64,000 nucleotides of DNA from Takakia lepidozioides (Eukaryota; Plantae; Bryophyta), in assembly GCA_030704615.1 (NCBI GenBank), contig CM060732.1:28024001-28088000 (forward strand). Direction: 5' to 3'. The notes beneath the pieces are model-generated. The model saw nothing but the letters and a program-made list of their open reading frames with translations. It did not search any database and was not told the origin of the DNA. Of the stretch, positions 1 to 12,639 are shown in pieces. Each line of letters opens with the position of its first letter. The first letter of the stretch is position 1. The position numbers and the translations under genes are program-made.

Positions 1-711
1 GAGTAAGTCACCTTACGGAGCCCCGGTGCTATTCGCAAACAAGAAGGATGGAACGTTGCGGATGTGTGTCGATTACAGGGCTCTGAATAAGGTGACTATC
101 AAAAACCGGTACCCTTTGCCAAGGATCGACGACCTCTTCAATCGGTTGGTAGCAGCCGGATCGATTTGCATTCCGGCTACCATCAAATCCGAGTGGCGGA
201 AGGAGATGAGGAGAAGACCGCATGCAAGACAAGGTATGGTTCATACGAGTTCTTGGTGATGGCTTTTGGGCTCACCAACGCACCCGCAACCTTTAGCACG
301 CTAATGAACAGCCTTTTCCAGGAGTGGTTGGATGACTTTGTGATCGTGTACATCGACGACATCTTGGTGTACTCGAAAACAAATAAAGAGCATCTGGAGC
401 ACCTCAAAACGGTGTTCCAGAAATTGCGAGAAGGGAAGCTGTATGCCAAAGCTTCAAAGTGCAAATTCGGGGTCACGAAAGTGGAGTTCCTGGGGCATAT
501 GATTACACAGGATGGGATCAAAATGGATGACAGAAAGGTGAGGACGATCTTGGACTGGGAGCCTCCGACTTCGGTCCCGGGAGTGCGATCCTTCCTAGGA
601 CTCGCCTCCTATTATCGAGAGTATGTGAGAAATTTCGTCAAGGTCGCGGGGCCGCTATCGGACCTTCTGTGTAAGTCTAAGGTATGGGTATGGAACACCT
701 TTTGGCTTTGA
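1..711 (+). mobile_element. Ty3/gypsy LTR retrotransposon reverse transcriptase fragment (frameshifted, truncated)
   Basis: [35 protein letters not shown], then a small deletion/frameshift near 153 into [23 protein letters not shown] and FLGLASYYR; homology ends near 690. Confidence 0.95.
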
Positions 712-2040
712 GGTAGCCTATACTATATGCGCACACAAATGCATGCATATGGAGGAATGTATGCGTGCATACAAATTTTAGATATGCATAGGAACAATTT
801 TATATGCACAACACTTAAATAAGGGTACCCAAAAAAAATAAAAAATTGTGATTCATCTAATCTTAGGGTCCGTAGTCAAAATATCAAAGGATGGAATAAG
901 AATATTCTATATAGAATATTCCATATTCATTGTAGATTTTTCCACATGGATGAGTGTAGGAATGGGAGATGAACATGTTGCTTTTATGGCTTTCCAACAT
1001 GAGAAAAAAGGTCAAAAAATTAAAAAGTGACGAGGCACGGCTCCTTGTTAGATACAAATGGTGAAGGTACGGGCTCTTCCAATGGTGGGAGTCTAGTTTG
1101 AAGTTCAGAATGGAGCAATGCTAAGGGAATGCTAGGGAGCTTGACAATGCTAGGGAGCTTTGTTACATAGGTTTTGCAGTATCTATATATCTATCTTCTG
1201 AAACATTTTTATTTTACAAAAACATAATGTCCATCAGAGATAGAACCCACAACCTATCGGGTATCAAGCCTAGTTCATACCACTACACTACCCATTCAGA
1301 CTTGAAACACTAATGAAATGAAACACTAATGAGATAAAGATAGTCACTCTGTGTGTACATAAAATGCCACAATACTCATAAGGGTTGATCTTACTAATGA
1401 TGAAATTTGATAGTGCTGAAGTGCATGTCGAACTTACATTAAGGTAAAGGGATCTATGAAATGCAGTAGAGATCTATATACAAACTATTACATAGATAAA
1501 TCAAATGACAGGAAGATAACATGAAATCTGATTTCAACACCATGTCATTTGCCCCATTTGTTTTACCTTACACTAGAGAGAAATACATGTATCATAAAAA
1601 TAACAAAAAACTCGGACTGACAATGAGGACAATGTATTGTATATGTAATTTCTAATTACCTACATAACATCATCAGCTGATACTTCATCATCCGTGTCAT
1701 AAGCCTGTGATTCAGAGGCATACACATCCATGAAAGCCTCAACTCTACGCAACCTATCACGGATTGTCCAACAATAGCTGCTCTTCGGTCAAACAACAGA
1801 TCATTGGAAAGACCTACATCACGTTGTTGATGTATTGAATGCAAAGCTTGGGACTCGACATATGAAGGTAGATAAAACGATGAAAGAGGACTTTGGGGTA
1901 GACTATCGTAGATGGTCCGCACAATCCCATCACTGCATCACACATACATGTATACTTATGTTAACAAATCAAATGGGAATGGTTTGCTTTGCAAATAATA
2001 TAGAGATTGCAACAAAGGGAATGGAGGCGAGACATACTCA

Positions 2041-3650
2041 CTAGGAAGTACTGCCGAGATGAAGACCAAGCTTGCGCGCCACCTTAGGAGCGGGGGGTTC
2101 CAACAAACTCACAGGACGTTGAATGGTTGGAGTTACCACAGATGAAACCAAAACGGGTTGAGTATTTTGAAGTGCAGAGAGACGTGCTGCATACAACGTC
2201 TAGTCCCCCTCAAGACCAAATACGTGACGTCCAGACTCGCGGGCAGCAATAAATGTAGAACCTGTAGGAAAAAAACATGCAATGATGATATTATATCGGA
2301 TAACAGTTAATGATCATGAATCAGCTCAGAAGATTTTAATTACAAAATGGAGACCAATGCAAACATGTGCCAGCTGTGAGATCCAAAATGCGGGAGCCAG
2401 GAGGTGAGCATGTCTCCAACAACACTTGCATGAAGGCGGGACTACGGTCTCGCGCACCCCTCCAGGCTTGTTGAGGAGTTTGCATGGGTAGTGCAACATC
2501 TGGAATGTGGTTGTAGATGGCATCCAACTCAACAGGGACTGCAAGGGGGTCCACAACTTTGCCAGACTCACGCAGTTTGAATAGTCCTCCTTGCTTGGTG
2601 AGGACATGGGCGTGGAAGAACATGGTCTGTTAGACGTGCCATTTCCACAAAAACAGTGCACCCGGATGGTTTAATAATATGTATGAGAGTAGGAAGATGA
2701 AACATCAAACAATGAGATATTGAAGAGGGATGATTTTTACCTTTCATGTCTGAGTGTGTAGAGGGGTGGTATTGATGCAAGTATATTTCCTTGATAATAC
2801 GGAAATAGAGCTGCCCCTGGAGTAAGAAAAGAGCTCCAATGCAAAGGAATCATCGGAGCCCTGCAAGAACACCAAACATCCATTGTCATCCAACAGGTCA
2901 TTAGCAATGGAGAATGCATACTCCCAATACCGTTTATCAAAAGCATTCCAGGGAGGAACCTGTACACCATCCAAATAGCCCTGTACAGGCATTCCTGTTG
3001 GGCAGTGCACGATGATCATGTCCACAGCCACATGCACGCTTTTTCCATCCACAACACTAGACCAAGTTCCTGGCAACTGCAAACAACTATAGAAAATGTA
3101 GGAGTCAATAGCCGGATGATGAGGATATAAAAACATCGAACAATTCCTTACATACAAGTTTGTTTGTTGGGGGAAACTCACATTTTTTTAAGAACTCCAT
3201 GAGCTCTTTCAAGGTCGCATCAGGAGATGTACTTGAGGCCTCCACCATATCAATGAAATGAGTAGGCATGATCTTCATGCGATACATGCTAGGTGCACCA
3301 CCAGAAAATGACACTACACTGTAAGGATGTTCGCCTGCCTTTGGCTTGTTTCCTCGAGTAGTAGGTGCAGGCACTACGACCAACTGATTTGAAGGATGTG
3401 AAGAACTACCAATAAGACCAGCAATAGAAGCCACACTTGCATTGGGGGCCACACCTGCATTGACATCCGCACCTTTTCTTTTTCGTGATTTGTGTTTTGG
3501 TACACCCACAACGGCAGGGACCACTTGGGCTACAGCGTCAGCGGCCTGTGTAGCAATTTGTTCTGCATGCTCCAGATCAAGAACAGGGACTTCAGTGGAG
3601 ATACCCCCTTCATCACTCACTGACTGCCTGCGAACACATTCCTTATGAAG
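2041..3650 (-). pseudogene. Spliced beta-class N4-cytosine/N6-adenine DNA methyltransferase-like gene inside a CACTA element
   Basis: Exons ~3650-3156, 3076-2741, 2626-2365 and 2261-2041 are joined in frame by GT-AG introns of 79, 114 and 103 nt. Motif IV-like VDMIIVHCPT and LLDDNGCLVF precede SAM motif I PPGSRILDLTAGTCSTFIAARESGRHVFGLEGD. Two premature stops (2744-2746 TGA, 2200-2202 TAG); 5' end lost. Confidence 0.75.
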
Positions 3651-6217
3651 TCCCTCATTCCTGGAAAGGAATCTGTGACAAGTGAAAATGTGGATGTTTA
3701 CCTGCAACCACTAGTGGAGGAGCTAACGACATTGTGGGTGGGAGTTGCAGCCGTGGATGTGGCAGCCATTGAAGGAGAGCGGGCTTTTAACATGCGTGCA
3801 GTCCTCATGTGGTCCATACATGACTTCCCCGCCTATGGCTTGTTATCAGGTCAGGTTCACCAAGGGTACTGTGCTTGTCCAGCATGTGGACCTCAAGTCG
3901 ATTCCAGATATTCCCCAGCTTGTAAGAAATTGATATTCCAGGGGCATCGACGCTATCTTCCCCACAATCATGCCTATAGAAGATCCAGACTTTTTAATGG
4001 GGCGCGAGACATGAGACCTACTCCACATACAGTGATAGCCACCGAAATCAAGGAGCGTGCACTACATTACAAACAATGGATTGATGATGGTGGGACTGTA
4101 GGCGCACAGAACGATCCCTCCAAGCTCCATGGCATAAAACGATTGTCCATTCTGTTTGACTTGCCTTACTGGGAGGTGCGATTACCACACATGTGTTTTG
4201 GGAACAAAACAGTGCATTGGTTTTTCATTGTGCATGATTGTTTGTTTACTGAACCTGTGCTGTAAACATCATTCATGATTGCATTGCAATGTGCCTAATT
4301 TGTTAGACCACATCTTATCATCCGCCACACTTTTGATACCATGCATTGCGAGAAGAACGTGACGGAGAACATAATCAAGACTATTTTTGGCGAGAAGGAC
4401 ACGATGCAAGTTCGCCGCGATATGGAATTGCAGGGCATTCGAAAGCCTCTTTGGTTACGACGCCATCCCACCAGAGTGGATACATTGGTAATGCCTGATG
4501 CGCCATATATGCTCACAAAACCAGAGCAGCGGGTGTTCCTGGAGATTATCACGAATCTGAAAGTACCCACTGGCTATGCCTCTGCTTTCAAAAAACATGT
4601 GGTCAAACAAAAGTTGAGCCAATTGAAGTCACATGATTATCACGTGCTAATGCAACAGATCCTCCCACTTGCTCTACGTGGGTTGATGGCGCCTGGGGTT
4701 CGCAATGCCATACTAAGAGTGTCCCGTGTGTTTCGCAAGCTTTGTGCAAAATTCATTGATCCCACCGAGCATGAGGAATTGAAGAAGGAGGTGGCAGTGA
4801 CTCTTTGTCTTCTGGAGAAAGAGTTCCCACCCTCATTTTTTGATGTTATGACACATTTACTTATCCACTTGGTGGATGAGGTGGATTTGTGTGGACCTGT
4901 AGCTTCTCGGTGGATGTACCCGGTGGAGAGAGCAATGAAGGATTTTAAAGGGTATGTGCGAAACTTGGCGAAGCCTGAGGGCAGTATGGCGGAGGGCTAC
5001 GTGTTTGACGAGGCATTGGGATTTTGTACAGAGTACTTGTCTTCTGTTGATGCTACTAGGCGGAGAGTGTGGGATGCAGGAGAGGAGGAATCAGTGTCGG
5101 GCTGGGTATTGGAAGGAGTTGGTCGACCACGGAGGTTGACCCTCGAATTGTTGCAGCTTGTCCACGACTACATCATTCACAACCATCCCAGTTTGAGCAT
5201 TATGTTGGGGTAAGTGGCAAACGTTCTGGTACCTGCTATGCATGGGTATGCTTTGTATAGGTGTGTGTGCAGTAGTTCTTCCATCGGTTGCAGGGGTTGC
5301 ACTAGATAAATTTCTGTGGTTGTGCGTGTGTTGGCAGGTCCTATGAGGTGGAGAAATGCAGGTTGGAGACTGAAAATGCTACTAACCAGAACAAGATCCG
5401 TGCTCTCCCTCACTTTGCAGAATGGCTGGTAAAAGCAGTCCGCCAGCATGTGTCAAGTGTTGCCAACTATGCTACTGATTCAGCTTGCAAGGAATTGTTG
5501 GACATGTCCAAACCCCCATCAGTAATCGCAACATCATACAAGAGCATGTCGGCTTATGGAAACCACTTCAGGGTTACTTCAGATGGACTCAACAGCCCCT
5601 TTGTGACATATGACTCGGGGGTCTCTACTGTTTTCCAGCATGACAGTACTTGCATTGACCGTGAGCAGGTGGTGGAAAGCGTACGGTATGTGGGTGTCAT
5701 AAAGGAGATTTTAGAATTGGATTATGGCTCCACAAACACCACGGTGCTATTGTGTTCATGGGTATGTGCACGACGTGTGGGCTCTCAGCCTGTGTCAATG
5801 AAGTAGGATGAGTCTAGCTTCACATTGGTGAATTTCTCCCACTTGTTGCCTCCACTTGAACAGCCTTTTGTGCTCCCATCACAGGTCGAGCAAGTTTTTT
5901 TCTCTGAGTGTGTGAATGAACCGAGATGAAACGTGGTGCTGGAAAAAAACCCCAGGTCACGCAGGGCTGTTTCTGATGTGAGCATTTGCAACGATGATAT
6001 TGCAAGTGTATCAGGCCTCTTAGCCCCCAATCACATTGAAGAGACCAATGTTGCTAGTGACAGGGTGGGCCAGACCATCCAAGTGACACCTGAAGAGGTT
6101 GCTTCACTTTACAGAGACATGCGATCTGAGGAAGCACATCCATGTCCCACGGAGGACAGTTGCGATGGAGATTCAAAGTCCAGTGATGAGGAGTTGGTTG
6201 ATGTGGATGTGTACTAG
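3645..6217 (+). mobile_element. CACTA/En-Spm transposase (Tnp2/Transposase_21 C-part, DUF4218- and DUF4216-like), degenerate
   Basis: LIPG...VDVYLQPLVEELTTLW, WSIHDFPAYG, CPAC, LFDLPYWE, DTMHCEKNV, LKSHDYHVLMQQ, FPPSFFDVMTHL..HL, RWMYPVER, PEGSMAEGY, YGNHFRV..YDSGV, QPFVLPSQVEQVFF. N-terminus deleted; in-frame stops near 5804 and 5927. Confidence 0.93.
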
Positions 6218-7559
6218 TACCTAGAATGAGGTATGACTTCCCCCCCCAACTGCCTTCCTCTATCTCAAGTATATGAAGGGTGGTATTGGGCAAAATTGAA
6301 TATGTAATCCCGGTTGATGTATGAATAATGTGGGATTCATAAGACTGGCACTAAGGGTTGCCCTTGGGGGTGTCCTTTTTGCAGGGTGTTGGAGGTGTCC
6401 AACTTACATGGCGTGTCTGTCTGGCAACGTGTCATGACATTTATGTCACTATAGACTTTGGAACGGCATGCAAATTTACACATCAGTTCTGCCTTTGGGT
6501 ACATTGTTGACAAAGTGCATGTGCCTTCCAGTTTACATTACATAATTGCCCCAGTGATTTTGTGGGTCTTATATTGGGCAGGCTCGTGTTTATGGACCAT
6601 TGAATACCAATGGAGTGCTTTTAAGCTTGGTCCCTACTTATCATATTTTCATTTTTCCCCAAAAGAATCTGGCAATCCGCATAGATGATGCTCTGGCTGG
6701 TTGAGTGGGTTATTTGCGTAGATGCATTTTATGGGCAGTTTCTCTCATGCCCCAGCTAACACCATGTGACTCACTTGTATAGTCCCCCATCTGTGAATGG
6801 CTCAAGCAGGGTGCAGTACATTCAACACTACAATGTTGCTGCCCTGCAGGTGTTCCATGCCTTGCACCACATCATTATTCCCTGATGTCATCCTGCTGCT
6901 GTTCTAGCTTGGGGCAGGTCATTGGGGATATGTACATTAGAGAGAACAACATGAGCTGTTATCTCAGTTGTTTTATCATACAAGAAGCTGAATTCATGGG
7001 CTCTCCCATTCTTAGAAAACCCCCCCATGACAAAGTGGGTGGATCGGAACAGACCGTATTGCCAAGCTTCTATTCCAGTAGCACACGGCGTGGAGCTCCG
7101 GGATGGCCTACTACAGGGACGACATGCACAAGGCGATATGTTAGAGTGTATTGGATTTCATATTTTGTTGGTGTTCTTGGTCACTGCCCAAAGACTTTTG
7201 TTGAGCCCATGTTTTGCATCACTCTCATGAGTGAATTTTTTGATTTGCATGAATTTATCTATCCCCTGAATGCATCATTTGTTCGTCTGTCATTCCGCAG
7301 TATGAGGCACATGATTGATGATGTCGGCGATCAACAAACACTAAAATGCACACCGCCATTTGAACGTAACGTCACAAACAGATGCGGTTCCAGATCGCCT
7401 CTCTAGCATGTTGGCTTGACGTTCCATTCTTCTCCACAAAGCGCCAACGGCCTACTAAGCTGCTTCGTGTGCAACCGTTCCCGTCACTTGCATCCCCCGC
7501 ACCACAATATCAAAGCCACTTAACCAATCATATGTAGACACCTCATAAGTTGTTCCATG

Positions 7560-7896
7560 TCACAGACTCTCCATGTCATGACGACATGTGATGATCTGGC
7601 AGAATACATTAGAGTGGCAGTCATGAAGTCATATGTCCGTCTAGCAATATGCACACGTCATTCACGTATGGGCATGACCCTGACTGGTAGTCATATCCAC
7701 CATGGCAATATTCCTGGTCAAAGGGTGTTTGACCTGTGTTGCGCAAAGTTCGGAGTCATACAGTCGCATAACCGGCTTCGTCGTGATCTATGTTATGACT
7801 TCAAAAGGCATTTACGACTGCAAATGGCATTTCTGCCACAAATTGGTCGTGACTGCGCACCCGTGGGAGTCATAAAAGCCGCAATCTGTTGTAGTG
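7560..7896. mobile_element. CACTA right end: subterminal GTCAT/ATGAC repeats and TIR ending ...ATCTGTTGTAGTG
   Basis: Ends in TAGTG (reverse complement of CACTA) at 7896; the terminal 30 bp match 61981-62010 at 29/30 positions. Confidence 0.85.
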
Positions 7897-8891
7897 TACT
7901 TCTGGCAATCCAAAGCTGCTACTAATGCTCAAATTAGACAGACACTTAAATTCCAGTATGCTCAATATATAGGCCACCAACGTAAACACATTTTTTGGCC
8001 ACACCTATTCCCCTCCCCATACTGCCCTCTCTGCTTACATACCCACAGGAGGGGGACACCTGACTGCACATCCTCAGCTAGTGCACGCACCTGATCATTC
8101 ACGGACTCCGCACAACCTGCCATAACCACGCACTCCAACACATCCATAAACTCCTCATGCACCGCGCTAAGACCAGATGGTTCTCACTCATTAATGCCGG
8201 CACCTACCAAGGCAGACCCCTAGACCACACCGTCTCGCACTGGCTACTCCCCTTTGTCTGCCCCCATTCACCGTGTATTTGCCCTGCTAGGCTATGCCTC
8301 GACATCCTGATTATCCATGGACCTATCAACGCCTCTCCACCAACCTCCTCATCCTCAAATCTTACCGTTCACTTCATTGAGTTCACTTTTTGTTATGACC
8401 AGTACCCGGCCTCCTCTACCCTAGACAAACGACAAAAAATTGCACCCCTTATCCTTGCGCTACGCCATAGAGGCTGGAATACCGGCCCTCTATCTGTTAT
8501 CACAGCTGGTACTAGAGGCGACATCCATAATGCCAGTATTAATACTCTACACAAAAACTTTAAAATCCCAATATCCCCCATCCATAAATGCTTCAAAGCA
8601 ATACACCTCACGACACTTCGCTCCCTTACAGCCATTATTACCAATAAGCAAAAACTAGAATCTAACCCACATAAGGCCTCATAGACTCCAAGGTTTCCAT
8701 TAGTACCCTTGGGTACCTAGGTACCCAAGGATACCCTGGGTACCCTAAGCGCATCTATCCCCTGGATACCTGGTGTCCCCTGGACACCTTTTCTTATAGG
8801 GCCCACCCCCAAAATGGGGCAGTAGCCGTGAGACGAAGCGGCTCTTAGTTACGCCGGTTTCGGCCAGAGTCTTCTCTCTCTCTCTCTCTCT
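7897..8891 (+). mobile_element. 3' fragment of an RLE-type non-LTR retrotransposon (Dualen/RandI-like), ending in (CT)n
   Basis: CPLC zinc knuckle, HN(H)A, then PD-(D/E)xK-like RLCLDILII...VHFIEFTFCYD...KRQK.APL...GW; the 3' UTR ends in a CT microsatellite at 8871-8891. Confidence 0.75.
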
Positions 8892-9477
8892 GACTTTTAA
8901 TCATTGGGAGCACTGTGTAGATCAGAGTATAGTGATTTGAACTACTTCATCCTCTTGTCATTTGTATAAATCAAGTAGTTTGGATGACTTGGATGAATTA
9001 ATAAATGACTCAAATGAGTAGTTCCAGTGACTTACATCACTATTAAGTATTTCGAAATATTTGAGTCGTTCGAATGTCTCAAGTAGTTTAAATGACTGAA
9101 ATGTCTTTAGTACACCAAACAACTCTCAAGTTGTTTTTCAAGCGATGCATTCTGATAGTAGTGAGAGGTATTATTACTGATATAGTCAATGGTGCACTAC
9201 ATGGAGTGATACTAATAACTATAGTACTAATAATACACTTAGACATAGAGATAGCAGCTCAATTCCTTACTCAGGAATGTTCTGCATCCTGTACAATTTC
9301 AATAAAGTGTTGTCAAACTACATCCATCCTCCCATCTTGTAGCTGTCCACACAGTCTGAGTCCCAAAACTGTAACAAAGGTACGAAGGATAAATTAAATA
9401 GAAAGTCTAACTAGTCCACGTCAGTCACCGTCGGTGATGGCAGGGGCGTAGACCTCTTCACGCTCTTCTCAGGCCGA

Positions 9478-10500
9478 CACTACTACGATTTGTTGGGGGG
9501 GGGGGGGGGTTAGCGACGTCGGAGCGTCGCCACAGCGCCGCTCCGGTGACGCTTCGCCATCTTGCGTTGCCGCCACGTCGCTGCAATTGGGGCATGACCC
9601 GCCAGCAAGCTGGGGGTTGCGATGCCCAGGAGTCGCACGTACCCTCTGCGACGCTCCCGCAAGGCTGTGACTCCCGGAAATCGCAACAACACCCCCTCCT
9701 ACTTAGGCGCGTGGGGAGGGCCGAGCCAGCTCAAGGTGGGGTTTGCGACGTCCGGACGTCGCAGAAATGCCACAATGACGAGGTTGCGATTCCCTGCAGT
9801 CGCAGACCTGCCGGGGCGTCACAATACCCTCTTCCCTGGGGTCCTAGGATTGGGGATTGCTGCTACGTAATAATTGTTTTTTTGGTTGTGTTTTGTTCTG
9901 TGAATTCGACCTTTGCACCACTACATCCGTGCAAAAGATTGGACCCAAAAAAAATAAAAATAAAAAATGTTTTCTTTGTTCACTATTGCAGAACTCTCTA
10001 TGAAGAATGCATGAAGTTGAAGACAACTCAATTTTGGAGTGCAAATGAGGGAAGAAAATATGGTTTTGGGGCCAAATGGTTTTTATTCACTCTCAATTTT
10101 TTCAGGCAGATTGCATATGTTGTCATTAAGCATATGGTTTAAGAACGGAATTAAAAAAAAATCATGTACAAATAAAATGTAGTTTTCCGTCTCTGAAACA
10201 CGTAGATGCGTTCAACACTTGAATGACCCATTGAATGAACTTGGTTCAAGCTCATATTTGGTCGACATGTGCTTAAGTTGCAAAGTCGCAAAATTGCAAA
10301 ATTTATGCAAAGTCGCAAAAGATGAGCAACATTAAGAAATATGCTCATCTACAATGCACGAACTTGAAGAGAACTCAACCTTGGAGTGCAAATGAGGGAA
10401 GAAAATATGGTTTTGGGTGCAGATGATGTCTTTCACTGCCAAATTTTGCATGCATATACATGTTGTCATTAAGCATATGGTTTAAGAATGGAATAAACTT
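9478..10500. mobile_element. Left end of a second-family CACTA-like element with subterminal repeats
   Basis: Starts CACTACTACGATTTG at 9478, followed by GC-rich GCGACG/CGTCGC repeats and a duplicated ~130-bp block (~10020-10150 and ~10370-10495). No matching right TIR found. Confidence 0.55.
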
Positions 10501-10933
10501 ATTTCCTCAACAGACTCTGGAATGTAAAGACGCTGCAAAGTTTTCCCCGGAATACAACAAAGACGAAAATGGATTTGGAGAACTAGGAAGTTCTGGCACT
10601 GAGCTGTTTTCTGAATTGACAGAAACATTTCTTGAAATTATAATCAGCTCAGAGCTTGCATATGGCATACTCCCTTCTTCTACAGCTTCATCACTGGAAT
10701 GGATGGAATGTATGGAGAATGCTTGCATTGTTTTCTTGCACTGTCTCCATAGAGAGCCAACGATCGTTGAAGCTTTTAATTGCGTAATAATTGATGAGGA
10801 TGCACAACAAGTAGAATCAGAGACTGCTATTATCACCCAGATGAGAGAACTGAAGCAAATCATTCTTGTTGGAGATCACTCGGTGTATAAAGCTTTGGCC
10901 TTATTTCAAAATCAACATCAAATCAAATCATAA
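10460..10933 (+). pseudogene. Fragment of a DNA2/NAM7 (UPF1/senataxin-like) SF1 helicase
   Basis: FNCVIIDEDAQQVESETAI...LKQIILVGDH corresponds to degenerate Walker B (IIDEAAQ) and motif III (LVGD); the rest of the helicase is absent. Confidence 0.65.
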
Positions 10934-10959
10934 ATATAATACAATTGCACGTTGTTGCA

Positions 10960-11850
10960 CTCCAGTTGCACGTCGTTGCTTTTGTGGGAGTTGTTTGACA
11001 TAATCACCTAAGTCATAGCAGACATCCACTGTCAGGAGACAACGTTGACATCTAGATACATCAGATAACTTCTAGAGAACCTCGGATTAGGTGCATGCTA
11101 AACTTCTTTGGTGACATCCTCGATTCCTTGACGAATTCGAAAGGTTTTGTCACAGAACGATGCAATTGCAATCGGCCCCGAATACTCTTCGTCACAGGAA
11201 AACACGCGCACATGCTAAAGTAGGATGGTAGAGAGAAGCACAACATCAGATGTTTCGCTTTGTATATCAGATGAGATCCCATTAACATTTCCACCTCCAT
11301 GTGACTTGCATAGCGTAGAGTCTTGGTGCCAATTTGCATCACTTGCTCCAGTTGCATGTCGTTGCTTTGTGGGAGTTGTTTGACATAATCATCCAAGTCG
11401 TAGCAGGCATCCACTGTCAGGAGACAACGTTGACATTTAGATACATCAGATAACTTCTAGAGAACCTCGGATTAGGTGCATGCTAAACTTCTTTGGTGGC
11501 ATCCTCGATTCCTTGACGAATTCGAAAGGTTTTGTCACAGAACGACGCAATTGCAATCGGCCCCGAATACTCTTCGTCACAGAAAAACGCGCGCACATGC
11601 TTAGGTAGGAGCACAACATTGGATGTTTCGCTTTGTATATCGGATGAGATCCCATTAACATTTCCACCTCCATGTGATTTGCATAGCGTAGAGTCTTGGT
11701 GCCAATTTGCATCACTTGCTCCACTTGCACGTCGTTGCCTTTGTGGGAGTTGTTTGACATAATCACCTAAGTCGTAGTAGGCATCCATTGTCAGGAGACA
11801 ACGTTCACATGTAGATACATCACATAACTTCTAGAGAACCTCGGACTAGG
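10960..11850. repeat. Tandem duplication, ~375-385-bp unit, ~2.3 copies
   Basis: Near-identical units start at ~10966, ~11351 and ~11724 (TTGCA.GTCGTTGC..TTGTGGGAGTTGTTTGACATAATC). Confidence 0.92.
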
Positions 11851-11953
11851 CGGACATTCTTGATAGTTAAATGAGGTCAATGCCTGTAGCAGTGGACAGT
11901 CGTGTGGCATGGTTTAGTATCCATCCACTATTTATATGATCTGCTGATACAAG

Positions 11954-12639
11954 GTGCGTGTGTTTTCTTACCGGAAGCGCAGCAGTAATGATAGTTTGTC
12001 GGAGACTCCTGCAGAACACTTGCATTTGGCAGCGCATCCCTTTGCGACAGGTTGGAGTGGAAGGATCGTACGTGGCACATATGAGGTTCAACCTGTTGTA
12101 GTGAAACTTGCGCCATCTGGTTCCATCGTTGTGAAAGTTTTAAATGTATATGTGCGTCTCATGTAATATCTTGTGTGTATAGGCTCTCTTGACTGAGATT
12201 AGGGCCTATCACAAGCTGAAGAAGTACTGGGGAAAACATGTACCGGAGCTTGTATCGTATGGGACTACTGCGGTGGGCAAAGTTGTGTACATTGCAACCG
12301 AAGTCATCAACGGTCATGAAATTGGAATGGGTACATAATAAGTTTGCTTTTACTGTGTTTGTGTAGTAGGGCAGTCGTTTACTGTGCTACATGTAGTAGG
12401 GTACTAATATGTTGGATGCACGGTTTGCAGCAGGAGCTTTGACCCCAGAAGCGGTGAAGGCGACATTTGATGCACTCAATGTTGTGCAAGAATGTGGAAT
12501 TCTTCATGGGGACATCCGGTGCAATAATATTTTGGTTGTAAAGAGAGGGCAGGGAGTTCGTTTGATTGATTTTGGGTTTTCTCGGCCCATCACCAGCAGT
12601 GAAGATTGCAAGAGAGAGCGTGCACAGAATGCATGTTGA
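11954..12639 (+). pseudogene. Spliced atypical protein kinase domain (RIO/Bud32-like, of the kind found in Crinkler-type proteins), 5' truncated
   Basis: Exons ~11954-12136, 12183-12330 and ~12431-12639 give TGWSGRIVRG..VVVKL, EIRAYHKLKKYWGKHVPEL, ILHGDIRCNNIL and IDFGFS; short C-lobe. Confidence 0.7.

Noticed and set aside
1231-1293. tRNA-like sequence on the minus strand (A box TAGTGTAGTGG)
   Set aside because: The B box is degenerate and there is no convincing cloverleaf; at most a SINE or tRNA remnant.
1656-1922. Possible further ORF of the CACTA element downstream of the methylase
   Set aside because: No recognisable motif, and the left TIR was not found, so it cannot be assigned.
11061-11788. 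Pair of similar minus-strand ORFs
   Set aside because: They are by-products of the tandem duplication, in shifting frames and without a known domain.
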